Origin: Alphaproteobacteria bacterium
GTDB lineage: Bacteria; Pseudomonadota; Alphaproteobacteria; UBA828
NCBI GenBank assembly: GCA_965220745.1
Contig: CBDCQT010000013.1
Location: 416,001-480,000 of the forward strand
Reading direction: 5' to 3'
DNA length: 64,000 bases
Below the pieces are notes generated by a model. The model saw only the letters and a program-made list of their open reading frames with translations. It searched no databases and was not told the origin of the DNA. Shown one piece after another: positions 29,898-39,386 of this stretch (its first letter is position 1; each line of letters begins with the position of its first letter). Position numbers and translations under genes: made by a program.

Positions 29898-30230
29898 CTA
29901 CTCCTTGTCAGAAACCTTGTCAGTACCCGTGCCGGTCACATGCATTCTGCCGGCAAGACGCATAGGCTTGGCGAGCGTGGTCTGAGTGACGATCCGCGAG
30001 CCGTCCGGTTGCTCCCGGTAGGTGGTCGTGTCGTTCAAGCGGACCTCGGGGCCGAGGACCGACTTGGGTTTTCTCTTGCGGTCTATCCAGACACATACGC
30101 CCATGCCCACAAGGGCCAAGACGATGACGGCTATCCATATCCCTACGGACCAATGGGCCGTGAAGATATCCATCATTGCGCCGGCCCCCAGATCGAGGGC
30201 GAAAAAGCAGACTGCGAAATACCTAGCCAT
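29898..30230 (-). CDS. Hypothetical membrane-anchored IS passenger protein A
   Basis: TM helix WIAVIVLALVGMGVCVW then RKRKPK; C-terminus PMRLAGRMHVTGTGTDKVSDKE; start may be 30176. Confidence 0.6.
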   Translation of the reverse strand: MARYFAVCFFALDLGAGAMMDIFTAHWSVGIWIAVIVLALVGMGVCVWIDRKRKPKSVLGPEVRLNDTTTYREQPDGSRIVTQTTLAKPMRLAGRMHVTGTGTDKVSDKE

Positions 30231-30236
30231 TCTGCG

Positions 30237-30264
30237 ATCATATCGATTCCCCCGGTCGTGTCAA
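30237..30264 (-). promoter_or_regulatory. Predicted inward promoter overlapping the right TIR
   Basis: TTGACA(30264-59)-N16-TATGAT(30242-37). Confidence 0.6.
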
Positions 30265-31188
30265 CTACTCTTTGTAATCCCCCTCTGCAACACGCGCGAG
30301 GAGATGGTCACGGAGGCGCGCCGCGAGATCAAGGACGGCGTCGACATCGTGAAGGTGGCCGGCGACGGCGACGTGCTCACCGGCGAGGCGGAGCTTGCCG
30401 GCAGCATCGGGCTCGACGACCTGCGCGCCATCGCCGAAGTCACCCACCGTCTCGGTAAGGTCTGCACCATCCACGCGCGCTCGGGCCGCGCGGCGGCCGA
30501 TGCCATCCGCGCCGGCTTCGACTGGATCATCCACGGCTCCTACATGTCCGACAACGATCTTGACGTGCTCTTCCGCAACCCGACGCCGCTGATCCCGACC
30601 TTCTCGCTGCTGGCGAACACCCTCGAATGGGGCCCGGACCTCGGCTGCTCGGGCTTCATCCTCGACGCCTACAAGGATGAGGTCGAGCGCCTTGCCAGCG
30701 TCGTCTCGCGAGCCCATGCCGAGGGAATCACTATCATCGCCGGCACCGACAGCGGCCAGGGCTCGGTGCCCTACGGCGAATGGCACGCGCGCGAGATGGA
30801 GCACCTGATGACCTATGGCGGCCTGAGCGCGGTGGAGGCGATCCGCGCGGGTACCGCTAACGCGGCGCTGACGCTCGGCATGGAGGACGAGATCGGTACC
30901 TTGGAGGAAGGCAAGCTCGCCGACATTCTGGTGGTGGATGGCGACCCGCTCGCCGATATCGCCGTGCTGCAGGACCGGGAGCGCCTCGCGGTCGTGATGA
31001 AGGACGGCGCAGTGGTCGACACAGAGGCGCCGATCCCCGAGCCCGCGCGCTACAACTGGGAAAAGCCCATGCTCTACTGGGAGGATCCGCGGATGCCGAC
31101 CCAGAGCTTCGTGCGCGAGCACGCGACCAGCAAGCCGCGCTGGATGCAGCAGGAACGCCGTCTCGACGCAGCGGAGTAGGGGCGTCCC

Positions 31189-32361
31189 TTACCGCCGCAT
31201 GGTCGGGGCTGAGCCCGGCGGGAACTTGGGAACCGGGCAGTCGGGCGGCTCGGCGGCATCGTCGCGGTAGTCAAAATAGCCCCACACCGCCCAGTGGTCC
31301 GAGAGATCGCAGTAGCCTTGCCCGCGCACGGCCGAGAACAGCGTGCGGTCCTCGAAGTCGAAGAGGCTGCGGAAGACCATCGGGCAGTTGTGGTGGTAGC
31401 GCGGCTCGCGCCAGCCCCTCTTGGCGAGGACGTAATCGACATAGCCGTTGCCGCGCCGCGCCCAGTCGCTACGCGACTCGCGGGTGAAGCGGTGCCCCCG
31501 AAACGACGGCTCCAGGACACCAAGCGGCTCGTCGTCGAGCAGGCTGTCGAACGCGTGGCTGAGCACGTTGAAGTCGCCGCCGACGATGATCGGCTCCGAG
31601 CGCGGGATCCCCGAGTGCTCTTCGATGAACCGCCGGATGGCGCGGAACTGCGCCGCCTTGGCCGTGCGCTGCTCCCTGCTCCAGCCGAATTGCGCGTGCG
31701 TGCCGATGACGTGGTAGCGCGCGCCGCCCTTGTCGATGCGGGCATAGACGAAGCCCTTGGCGGCGTTGCAGTCCGGCTCCACGCAGTCGGCGTAGACCAA
31801 CTCCTTGGCGACACCGATGGGATGCCTGCTGGCGATCAGCACGCCGCCGTCCTCGCCGAACCAGGTATCGCCCTCGCCGCCGCGCGGCGCGTCCTCGGTG
31901 AGAGCCTGTTCGTAGACTGCGCCTTTTTCGCAGCTTGAGGCGGCGCGGCAGGCGGTGCCCAGGATGCGGGTCGAATAGCGAAAGCCCTGCGCCCTCAGTC
32001 CGGCCAGTAACGTCGCACGCGCGCCGTCGTCGTAGGCCTCCGACAGGATGATCACGTCGTAGGGGGCGAGGAAGCGCGGGATGAGGGCGGCGCGTTCCTC
32101 CTGCGCGAGAGCGAAGCGCTCACCCATGAAGGGAATGTTGCGGACGTGGGAGGGCAGCAGATAGACGTTATAGGCGAGGACGCTCAGCACGTCGTCGGAG
32201 GCCGCCAGCTCCGGCAGGTGGTTGATGCCCGGCCCCTCGCATTGGCGCTCCGCCGCCGTCCCGCTGGCCGGCGCCAGCGTCAGCGCCGCGGCGAACGCAA
32301 GCGCTCCGATGGCAAGCGCTGCCGTGCCGGCGCTACGTATCGGGACGCGGCCTCCGATCAC
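31189..32361 (-). CDS. Secreted sphingomyelinase C-like EEP phosphodiesterase
   Basis: Signal peptide; YNVY, ILSEAYD, DGGVLIASRHPI, AKGFVYA, GTHAQ, GGDFN, DYV, LSDHWAV. Confidence 0.8.
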   Translation of the reverse strand: MIGGRVPIRSAGTAALAIGALAFAAALTLAPASGTAAERQCEGPGINHLPELAASDDVLSVLAYNVYLLPSHVRNIPFMGERFALAQEERAALIPRFLAPYDVIILSEAYDDGARATLLAGLRAQGFRYSTRILGTACRAASSCEKGAVYEQALTEDAPRGGEGDTWFGEDGGVLIASRHPIGVAKELVYADCVEPDCNAAKGFVYARIDKGGARYHVIGTHAQFGWSREQRTAKAAQFRAIRRFIEEHSGIPRSEPIIVGGDFNVLSHAFDSLLDDEPLGVLEPSFRGHRFTRESRSDWARRGNGYVDYVLAKRGWREPRYHHNCPMVFRSLFDFEDRTLFSAVRGQGYCDLSDHWAVWGYFDYRDDAAEPPDCPVPKFPPGSAPTMRR

Positions 32362-34835
32362 CAGACCATCTTGAGGGTCACGAAGAACGTCCGCCCGCGA
32401 ATCGAATCCAGGCTGTCGTCCGGATCCTCGGGAATCTCAGGGTTGATCGACGGTTCGGCGTCGAAGACGTTGAAAATGCCGCCCATTAACTCGACGCCAT
32501 CGAACTCGTAAGGGTTGCGCCAGCGCATGGAAACGTCGTGGCCCACCCACGAGCCGAAGCGACCGACACTCCCTCTGTAGCCCGTGGTCCCGTAGACGTT
32601 CCACTGGGCCGTGACCTTGCCCCGCGTGCCGCTCAGCGTGACGTGGAGGCGGTTACGGGCAAAATCGTCCGGCCCCACAAAGTCGAGGGCGCGCTCCTCG
32701 TAGTCCTGTACATGAGACCAGCGGGCGTCGAGGTCGAAATCCGCCCAATCGGCCGACCACGCCGTGTGGGCATGGACGTTGAGTCCCGAAATATCGACCT
32801 CGCCGTCGCCGAGGATCGGCTTTTCGATTCTTGTGATCAGCCCCGGCGTGTCAGGAACGAGCGGCGGCGCGCGGCGGATGACGGTACCCGGCGGCAATGA
32901 CCCGTGTTCATGCTCATAGTCGACGATGTCCTGCGCGCCGACGACCGTCAGCAGCTTGGAAAGCTTGGTCCAGTACCAGTCGGCGCTCAGCGAGACGGGG
33001 CCGAGCTTGGTGACGATTCCCGCACCGTAGCTCTCGCCCCGATCCGGCTCGAGCTCGGGGTTCCCGAAGTTGACCGCCTCCACCTGGTAGCGCCGCTCTG
33101 TCGCGCGATCGTAGATGCGGGGAACCGACGTGACGCGTGCCGTGTGCAGGCCGCCCAGATACGGGGCCCTGTCGGCCATGCTCCAATTGCCCCGGAGCGC
33201 GAAGTCCGGGCTCAGCTCGAAGACCGTTTCCATTTGCGCTGCGGTGGTCGAGTCGACGTCGTCATGGTCGCTGTAGCGCCCGGCAAGACCGACGTCCCAG
33301 ATCCGGTGGAGCGGGAGCGAAACCTCCAGGAATGGCGAGACGCTGTCGCGCTCCCCAGCGAAGCTGACGCCGAAAGAGCCGATGACGTCGCTCTGCTCCT
33401 CGATCACGTCCCCGGCACCACTGACGTACGTCGTGAGCCATTCACGGCTCTCGCGAACCCACTCCGCTCCCGCCGCCCAGCCGATGGGCCGGCCGCCGAT
33501 GGCGAAACCCGATCCATCGAACGCGACCCGCGCCTCGCTGCGCCTCGTGAGGTTATCAACAAGGCGGTCGACGCTCGTGTCTCGGACCGCTTCGAGGTGG
33601 CCGGGATCGGTGGATAGCGGGTTGCGGAGATCGTAGCTGCCGGCTGCTATAGCCTCCAGAATTGCGGGTTCGTGCACGAAGGTTCCGCCCTGTAAAATGT
33701 CGTCGTTCGAGAACGAGCGCAGGTGCGCGTCATAGCGGATATCGTCTGTGAGGCGCCCTTCGACACCGAGCGTGATGTCATGCTCTTGCGCCGTCCAGCG
33801 CCAGACGCGATCGCCGTGGCTCACAAAGCGGTGGAGGACGAAACCACCACCGCCGAGGGGGAGCCTGTCGGGCAACGGGGCCATGTATAGGCTTGTGTAG
33901 TCACTGTCGGCCACGCGCGCATCGAGATAGACCGACAGGTCTTGGCCGACCGGGTAATCCCCCATGAGGAACGCAGTTTCCCGTTGCCGCCGTTCCCAGT
34001 TCCACTCGATGTTGCCGTAGGCGAACCCGCATCCCTCGCCGGGGATGCCGTAGGGTTCCGAAAGAGGGCCAGTGTACTGGCTGCCCTCGCAGTGGCCGAG
34101 CGAGCGGGCAACCGGTCCCTCATCCGTGAAGACGATGGCCGTATTGCCGGCCACCGAGACGCCGTGCGCGTCGTCGAAGGAGCCGCCGGGAGTCCACGAG
34201 GCGCGGCTGTAGGTGCGATCGACGGATCGAACCTCGTTTCGGTTGAAGACATCCGCGCCGACGATCAGGTGGCCCGCACCGATGCTGCCGCCCCACAGCG
34301 CAGAGGCAACGCCTGCCTCACCGCCGGAGTCTCGTGGACTTTCGCCGTGAGCCTGGGCCTCGACTCCCTCGAAGCCGCTCCTCAGCACGATGTTGATCGC
34401 GCCAGAAATGGCTTGAGCCCCATGGATGGCCACCGCGCTTGAGCTGAGAATCTCGATGCGCTCGATGGCCGATATGGGCAGCGCATCCAGATCAAAGTAC
34501 GAGTCGGAAATGCGCCGGCCGTTGATCAGGATCGCGGCGCGGAGGCCCCCGAGCTTTAGGGGGCGGTGCAGGCCGAAGTAATTAAAGTCATCCCGGCTAC
34601 GCAGGAGGTCCCAGACGTTGCGCATGCCGGAAAGGTCAATGTCGTCGCGGTCGATCACGGTCACGGGCCGTAAATTGCCCACCGGCACGCTCGAAATCAG
34701 GCTACCCACGGAGGTGTCCGCGCCGGCGTCGCCGCCTTGCGCGGGACCCGCCATTGCTACGGCCATGAAGACCGCGATGAACGAGATTGCGAGGTGGCGC
34801 CGCCGGGGTGGCGTGAAGCGGCGTGAGCGGCTCAT
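32358..34835 (-). CDS. TonB-dependent receptor
   Basis: Plug motifs PVTVIDRDDI, IERIEIL, GAINIVLR; GNPELEP; aromatic C-terminus GRTFFVTLKMVW; start uncertain. Confidence 0.9.
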   Translation of the reverse strand: MSRSRRFTPPRRRHLAISFIAVFMAVAMAGPAQGGDAGADTSVGSLISSVPVGNLRPVTVIDRDDIDLSGMRNVWDLLRSRDDFNYFGLHRPLKLGGLRAAILINGRRISDSYFDLDALPISAIERIEILSSSAVAIHGAQAISGAINIVLRSGFEGVEAQAHGESPRDSGGEAGVASALWGGSIGAGHLIVGADVFNRNEVRSVDRTYSRASWTPGGSFDDAHGVSVAGNTAIVFTDEGPVARSLGHCEGSQYTGPLSEPYGIPGEGCGFAYGNIEWNWERRQRETAFLMGDYPVGQDLSVYLDARVADSDYTSLYMAPLPDRLPLGGGGFVLHRFVSHGDRVWRWTAQEHDITLGVEGRLTDDIRYDAHLRSFSNDDILQGGTFVHEPAILEAIAAGSYDLRNPLSTDPGHLEAVRDTSVDRLVDNLTRRSEARVAFDGSGFAIGGRPIGWAAGAEWVRESREWLTTYVSGAGDVIEEQSDVIGSFGVSFAGERDSVSPFLEVSLPLHRIWDVGLAGRYSDHDDVDSTTAAQMETVFELSPDFALRGNWSMADRAPYLGGLHTARVTSVPRIYDRATERRYQVEAVNFGNPELEPDRGESYGAGIVTKLGPVSLSADWYWTKLSKLLTVVGAQDIVDYEHEHGSLPPGTVIRRAPPLVPDTPGLITRIEKPILGDGEVDISGLNVHAHTAWSADWADFDLDARWSHVQDYEERALDFVGPDDFARNRLHVTLSGTRGKVTAQWNVYGTTGYRGSVGRFGSWVGHDVSMRWRNPYEFDGVELMGGIFNVFDAEPSINPEIPEDPDDSLDSIRGRTFFVTLKMVW

Positions 34836-35088
34836 CGGGCGTTTCGGAGTGATCTTCGTGCGGTTGCCGCACGCATAGTCGCGATGGTGCATATGCTCCC
34901 CGTCCGACACTTGAATTTCCCACTCAATGGCCCTGTCCCATCGGGCGGGCAAGCGTCCGTCAATCGTTGCGAAGGCACAAGAGCCATCTCGTCCAACCAT
35001 GTCGCCCTATCATCTCGTCCCACGATGGCAGGCGGCGGGGCCGTGCTGCTATGGTCGGGAGGACACGCGGGAAGAAGAGGGGAAGGGC

Positions 35089-35886
35089 GTGGCGGAGACA
35101 GAGGCTTGGCGCGTGTATCTGCCTTTGGCACATCGGCTGGCGGATGCCTCGGGTGCGGTCATTCTGCGCTATTTCCGGCAATCGCTTGCGATCGAAGACA
35201 AGGACCACATCGCGGGCTACTCGCCGGTCACCGCGGCTGATCGCGAAGCCGAGGCCGCGATCCGCGCACTGATCAACGAGAGTTGCCCCGACCACGGCAT
35301 CCTCGGCGAGGAGCACGGGCACGAGCGCCCCGATGCCCGCTTCACATGGGTTATCGACCCCATCGACGGCACCAAGGCGTTCATCTCCGGCATGACGACC
35401 TGGGGCACCCTGATCGCGCTGCAGGACCATGGCCGAGGCATCGTCGGCGTGCTGGACCAGCCCTTTCTGCGCGAGCGCTTTGTCGGCCACGGCGAGGGCG
35501 CCTACCTCGGCGACCGCCAGCTCGCCGTGCGCTCATGCCCCGACTTGGCTGGGGCCACGCTCCACGCGACCGAGCCCAACATGTTCACCCCGGCCGAGCT
35601 TACCGCGTTCGATGCGCTCGGCGCTCGGGTGCGGCTCCGCCGCTTTGGTGCCGATTGCTACGCCTACGGGATGCTCGCCGCCGGCTTCGTCGATCTTGTG
35701 GTCGAGGCGAGCATGAACCCCTGGGATATCGCGGCACTGATTCCCATCGTCGAGGGCGCCGGCGGCATCGTGACCTCGTGGAATGGCGGCCCGGTTGGCG
35801 CCGACGGCCAGGTGCTGGCGGTGGGCGACCGCCGGCTGCACGCGCCCGCGCTCGAAATTCTCGCACCTGCCGCCGCTGCAGCCTAA
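35089..35886 (+). CDS. hisN: Histidinol-phosphatase (inositol monophosphatase family)
   Basis: PVTAADRE.E, WVIDPIDGTKAFISG..TWGTLIAL, DCYAY, WDIAAL. Confidence 0.85.
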   Translation: MAETEAWRVYLPLAHRLADASGAVILRYFRQSLAIEDKDHIAGYSPVTAADREAEAAIRALINESCPDHGILGEEHGHERPDARFTWVIDPIDGTKAFISGMTTWGTLIALQDHGRGIVGVLDQPFLRERFVGHGEGAYLGDRQLAVRSCPDLAGATLHATEPNMFTPAELTAFDALGARVRLRRFGADCYAYGMLAAGFVDLVVEASMNPWDIAALIPIVEGAGGIVTSWNGGPVGADGQVLAVGDRRLHAPALEILAPAAAAA

Positions 35887-35969
35887 CGCCTGCGAGCACT
35901 TCGGCGCGCCGGCTGCGTGTATTCTGCCCCGCTCGTGTTTCGTAGGGCATCTCACAATACGTTCTGTCG

Positions 35970-36242
35970 ATGAAGTTTGCGCACCGAGGTTTGCGGCGGC
36001 TCTACATACGGGGCGATGCGAGGCAGCTCGATCCCCGATTGGTCCCTCGAATTCGGCGCGTGCTGCTCTTGTTGGACGAGGCTACGGAAACACATCATTT
36101 GGACTTGCCGGGATTCCGGCTGCATTCCCTAAAGGGCGACCGTGCTGGCCAATGGAGCGTGTCTGTGACAGCGAACTGGCGTATCGTATTCCGCATCGCT
36201 GACGGCGAAGCGGTCGACGTGGACTTGGTCGACTATCATTGA
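35970..36242 (+). CDS. higB: HigB-type (RelE superfamily) toxin
   Basis: PGFRLHSLKGDRAGQWSVSVTANWRIVF...DYH; toxin-first order. Confidence 0.9.
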   Translation: MKFAHRGLRRLYIRGDARQLDPRLVPRIRRVLLLLDEATETHHLDLPGFRLHSLKGDRAGQWSVSVTANWRIVFRIADGEAVDVDLVDYH

Positions 36243-36257
36243 GGAAGGAACCGGCGA

Positions 36258-36512
36258 ATGGCGATGTACGATCCGCCTCATCCCGGTGAGATCATCCGCG
36301 ATGCCGTGCGCGCCGAGGGCTGGACGATAGCGGAAGCCGCGTCCCGCCTGGGTGTCACGCGGAACACACTGTCCCGCGTGTTGAACGGCAAGGCCGGCGT
36401 GTCGCCGCGAATGGCGTTGGCCATGGAGCGAATCGGCTGGAGCGACGCTGGACATTGGGTGCGGATGCAGGGCGCCTACGACCTGGCGCAAGCCCGCGCG
36501 TCGGCGGCCTGA
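36258..36512 (+). CDS. higA: HigA HTH antitoxin
   Basis: PPHPGEI, HTH, WVRMQ..YDL. Confidence 0.9.
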   Translation: MAMYDPPHPGEIIRDAVRAEGWTIAEAASRLGVTRNTLSRVLNGKAGVSPRMALAMERIGWSDAGHWVRMQGAYDLAQARASAA

Positions 36513-36613
36513 CGATAGCTCTAATCTCGCGCTGCGATATCACGGTCGGCGGCTCCGCTCCGACTCCGCGTAAACTCCGGCGACCGTCGTCGGTGCGCTG
36601 CTAGGAAGCAATT

Positions 36614-37468
36614 GTGGCTCGCGGTACCGACATGCACGGAAAAGTCTGCATCGTCACGGGCGCGAACTCGGGGATCGGCAGGGTGACGGCCATCGACCTC
36701 GCAGGGCGGAGCGCGACGGTCGTGCTCATCTGCCGCAACCACGCAAGCGGCTCCGCCGTGATGGAGGAGATCAGGCAGCGCGGCGGTGACGCGGCACTAC
36801 TCATCGCCGACCTCGCGTCCCAGCGGCAGGTGCGCGAGGTGGCGGCGGCCTTCCTGAAGCGTTTCGATCGCCTCGACGTGCTGATCAACAACGCCGGCGT
36901 CGCCGGCTGGGGCACCAGGCTCGTGACCGAAGACGGGCTGGAGGCGACCTTCGCGGTAAACCACCTGGCACCCTTCCTGCTGACCAACCTTCTGCTCGAC
37001 ACGCTCAAGGCGAGCGCGCCGTCGCGCGTGGTGACCGTGAGCTCCGCAGCGCACAAGAGCTTCACCCTCGACCTGGAAGATTTGCAGGGCGAGCGGCGCT
37101 ATTCCGGCTTCGGCGCCTACGGTCGCTCCAAGCTCGCGAACATCCTCTTCACCCTGGAGCTTTCGCGCCGGCTGGAGGGCACCGGCGTCACCGCCAACTG
37201 CCTGCACCCCGGCGTCGTCGCGACGGGTATTTTCCGCAACATTCCGCGCTGGATGCGCTTCATCCTGACCAGCCCGCTCGTGCTCACTCCCGAGCGCGGC
37301 GCGGACACGATGATTTATCTCGCCACCGCGCCTGAGCTTGCCGAGGTGAGCGGGCAGTACTTCGTGAAACGCAAGCCCGTCCGATCGTCACGCGCGTCAC
37401 GCGATGCGGAGACCGCGCGGCGCCTGTGGTGGGCGAGCGAGGTGCTGACGGCGGCCAGCGACACGTAG
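36614..37468 (+). CDS. SDR oxidoreductase (retinol dehydrogenase-like)
   Basis: TGANSGIG, NNAG, VNHLAPFLLT, YGRSK. Confidence 0.9.
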   Translation: MARGTDMHGKVCIVTGANSGIGRVTAIDLAGRSATVVLICRNHASGSAVMEEIRQRGGDAALLIADLASQRQVREVAAAFLKRFDRLDVLINNAGVAGWGTRLVTEDGLEATFAVNHLAPFLLTNLLLDTLKASAPSRVVTVSSAAHKSFTLDLEDLQGERRYSGFGAYGRSKLANILFTLELSRRLEGTGVTANCLHPGVVATGIFRNIPRWMRFILTSPLVLTPERGADTMIYLATAPELAEVSGQYFVKRKPVRSSRASRDAETARRLWWASEVLTAASDT

Positions 37469-37481
37469 CCGAGACGCCGGC

Positions 37482-38543
37482 GTGCTACGCTCTCGCAACG
37501 GCCAGATACAGCAGCAGGGCGAGGCTAGGTTGGGAACGGAACGGCAGGGGCCGCTCACGATCGAGTGCACGCGCGGCCCGGCGGTCGAGAGCCGGCACCT
37601 GGTGGATGCGGCGGTGGTCGACCCGGCCGGTCGCCTCGTCCACGGCTGGGGCGAGACCGAGGCGGTGATCTATCCGCGCTCGGCCATCAAGTCGGTGCAG
37701 GTTCTGCCGCTGCTCGAAACCGGCGCCGCCGAGCGCTACGCGGTGAGCGACGAGGAGGTCGCGCTCGCCTGCTCCTCGCACAACGGCCAGTCGGCGCACG
37801 TCGAGGTCGTGCGCGGCTGGCTCGCACGCGCCGGGCTCAGTGAGGACGACCTCGAATGCGGCCCGCACCTGCCGTATCACACGCCCTCCGCCCACGCTTG
37901 CGTGCGCACCGGGGAGAGCGGTCTCGCGGTGCACAACATGTGCTCGGGCAAGCACAGCGCCTTCCTGGTAACGGCACGGGCGCTGGGCGAGCCGATGCAG
38001 GGCTACATCGCGCGCGACCATCCGGTGCAGCGGCGGGTGTCAGCCGCCATCGCCTCGCTCTCCGGCTGCGATCTCGACCGGGCACCGTGGGCCATCGACG
38101 GCTGCAGCATCCCGACCATCGGCCTGCCGCTCTCCGGGCTCGCGCGGGCGGCAGCCAACATCGCGGACCCCTCCGGCCTTGCCGAGGAGCGCCGGGCAGC
38201 GATTGCGCGGGTACGCCGTGCGGTCGCGGGGTACCCGTTCATGGTCGCGGGCGACGGCCGCGCATGCACGCGCATCATCGAGACGGCAGGCGAGCGCGTT
38301 CTGGTCAAGTTCGGCGCGGAAGGGGTGTTCTACGCCGCGCTCTACGAAAGCGGCCTCGGCCTCGCGCTGAAGGTGCGCGACGGCGCGACCCGCGCCGCCG
38401 ATGCCGCGATCGCGACCATGCTCGATCGCCTCGGTATCCTCGACGACCGGGACCGCGAGGCGCTGGCCGATATGCTGGACAAGCCCTTGCGCAACTGGGC
38501 GGGCCGCCTCGTCGGCGCTGTCCGCCCCGCGCGGGACGTATGA
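37482..38543 (+). CDS. ansA: Class 3 (Rhizobium-type) L-asparaginase
   Basis: RSAIK, CSSH.G, HNMCSGKH, IDGCSIP, K.GAEGV; start may lie slightly downstream. Confidence 0.82.
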   Translation: MLRSRNGQIQQQGEARLGTERQGPLTIECTRGPAVESRHLVDAAVVDPAGRLVHGWGETEAVIYPRSAIKSVQVLPLLETGAAERYAVSDEEVALACSSHNGQSAHVEVVRGWLARAGLSEDDLECGPHLPYHTPSAHACVRTGESGLAVHNMCSGKHSAFLVTARALGEPMQGYIARDHPVQRRVSAAIASLSGCDLDRAPWAIDGCSIPTIGLPLSGLARAAANIADPSGLAEERRAAIARVRRAVAGYPFMVAGDGRACTRIIETAGERVLVKFGAEGVFYAALYESGLGLALKVRDGATRAADAAIATMLDRLGILDDRDREALADMLDKPLRNWAGRLVGAVRPARDV

Positions 38544-38565
38544 CCGTCAGGGAAGGGGAGACGAC

Positions 38566-39315
38566 ATGCTCAGGCTTTCCGATTTCGCGGGCCGGGTGCT
38601 GCGCGAGGACGATCTCGACGATCTGGGCCGGCCCACCGGAGAGGTGATCGAAGAGGCGATCGACGCGGGCCGCACGGACGAAGCCAAGACGCTTGCGCGC
38701 AACCTGATCCACGAGTGGAAGGGCCTGCACGATCTTTACTGCGACTGGGTCTGGGACCTGCTGACCAAGATCGGCCGCAAGTTCGGCGAGGGCGAGGTCT
38801 ACGCCATGCTGCGTGCGACACAGGAGACCTGGATGATGAAGCGGACCTGGAAGGGGTTCCGCAAGATGACCGTCGAGCGCCAGGTCACGCTCACCGCCGA
38901 GATGATGCGCGCCCACCGCTGCGGGCCAAGGCAGGAGGGCGACATCGAGGTGCTGGAGGATTCGGAGCGCTACACCATCGTCATGGACCCCTGCGGCAGC
39001 GGCGGGCGCATGCGGCGCGGCGATCCGGTGGACAAGACCCCCTCGCGCCTCGGCCCGCCCTACAACTTCGGCGCGACCCAGGAGGCGCACTGGTGGAGCT
39101 GGGGTCGCAAGGACGTGCCCTATTACTGCGTCCATTGCGCGCTCAACGAAATCCTGCCGATCGAGTGGGGCGGCGCGCCGCTCTGGGTCACCGACTTCGA
39201 TCCCGATCACGCCAAGCCCTGCCGCTGGCACTTCTACAAGAAGCCCGAGCTGATCCCGGCGGAATACTGGACCCGCCTCGGCAAGGAGAAGCCGGCCCAA
39301 TTCGACGACGTTTGA
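38566..39315 (+). CDS. Hypothetical Cys/His-motif protein
   Basis: SD GGAAGGGGAG; host-like codon use; DPCGSGG, YCVHC, PCRW motifs. Confidence 0.75.
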   Translation: MLRLSDFAGRVLREDDLDDLGRPTGEVIEEAIDAGRTDEAKTLARNLIHEWKGLHDLYCDWVWDLLTKIGRKFGEGEVYAMLRATQETWMMKRTWKGFRKMTVERQVTLTAEMMRAHRCGPRQEGDIEVLEDSERYTIVMDPCGSGGRMRRGDPVDKTPSRLGPPYNFGATQEAHWWSWGRKDVPYYCVHCALNEILPIEWGGAPLWVTDFDPDHAKPCRWHFYKKPELIPAEYWTRLGKEKPAQFDDV

Positions 39316-39386
39316 AGCGAGTCAACACGGTATAGGCAGGCGTACCGCCATTGGACTAAACTAGGAACATTGGGTCAATCACGACC

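Larger units (their letters stand above)
27611..30282 (+). mobile_element. IS1595-family insertion sequence with passenger DNA, 2672 bp
   Basis: TIRs GGGGATTACAAAGgctgGTTGACA (27611-34) and GGGGATTACAAAGagtaGTTGACA (revcomp of 30259-82), 21/24 identical; 8-bp TSD CTCTGCAA at 27603-10 and 30283-90. Confidence 0.96.
27099..31179 (+). pseudogene. Metal-dependent amidohydrolase interrupted by the IS1595 element (halves 27099-27610 and 30291-31179)
   Basis: N-half MPGMIDAHCH; C-half HARSG, IHG, AGTDSG, GKLADILVVDGDPL. Removing the IS and one TSD copy restores an in-frame 466-aa ORF (...AVLC-NTREEM...). Confidence 0.92.
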
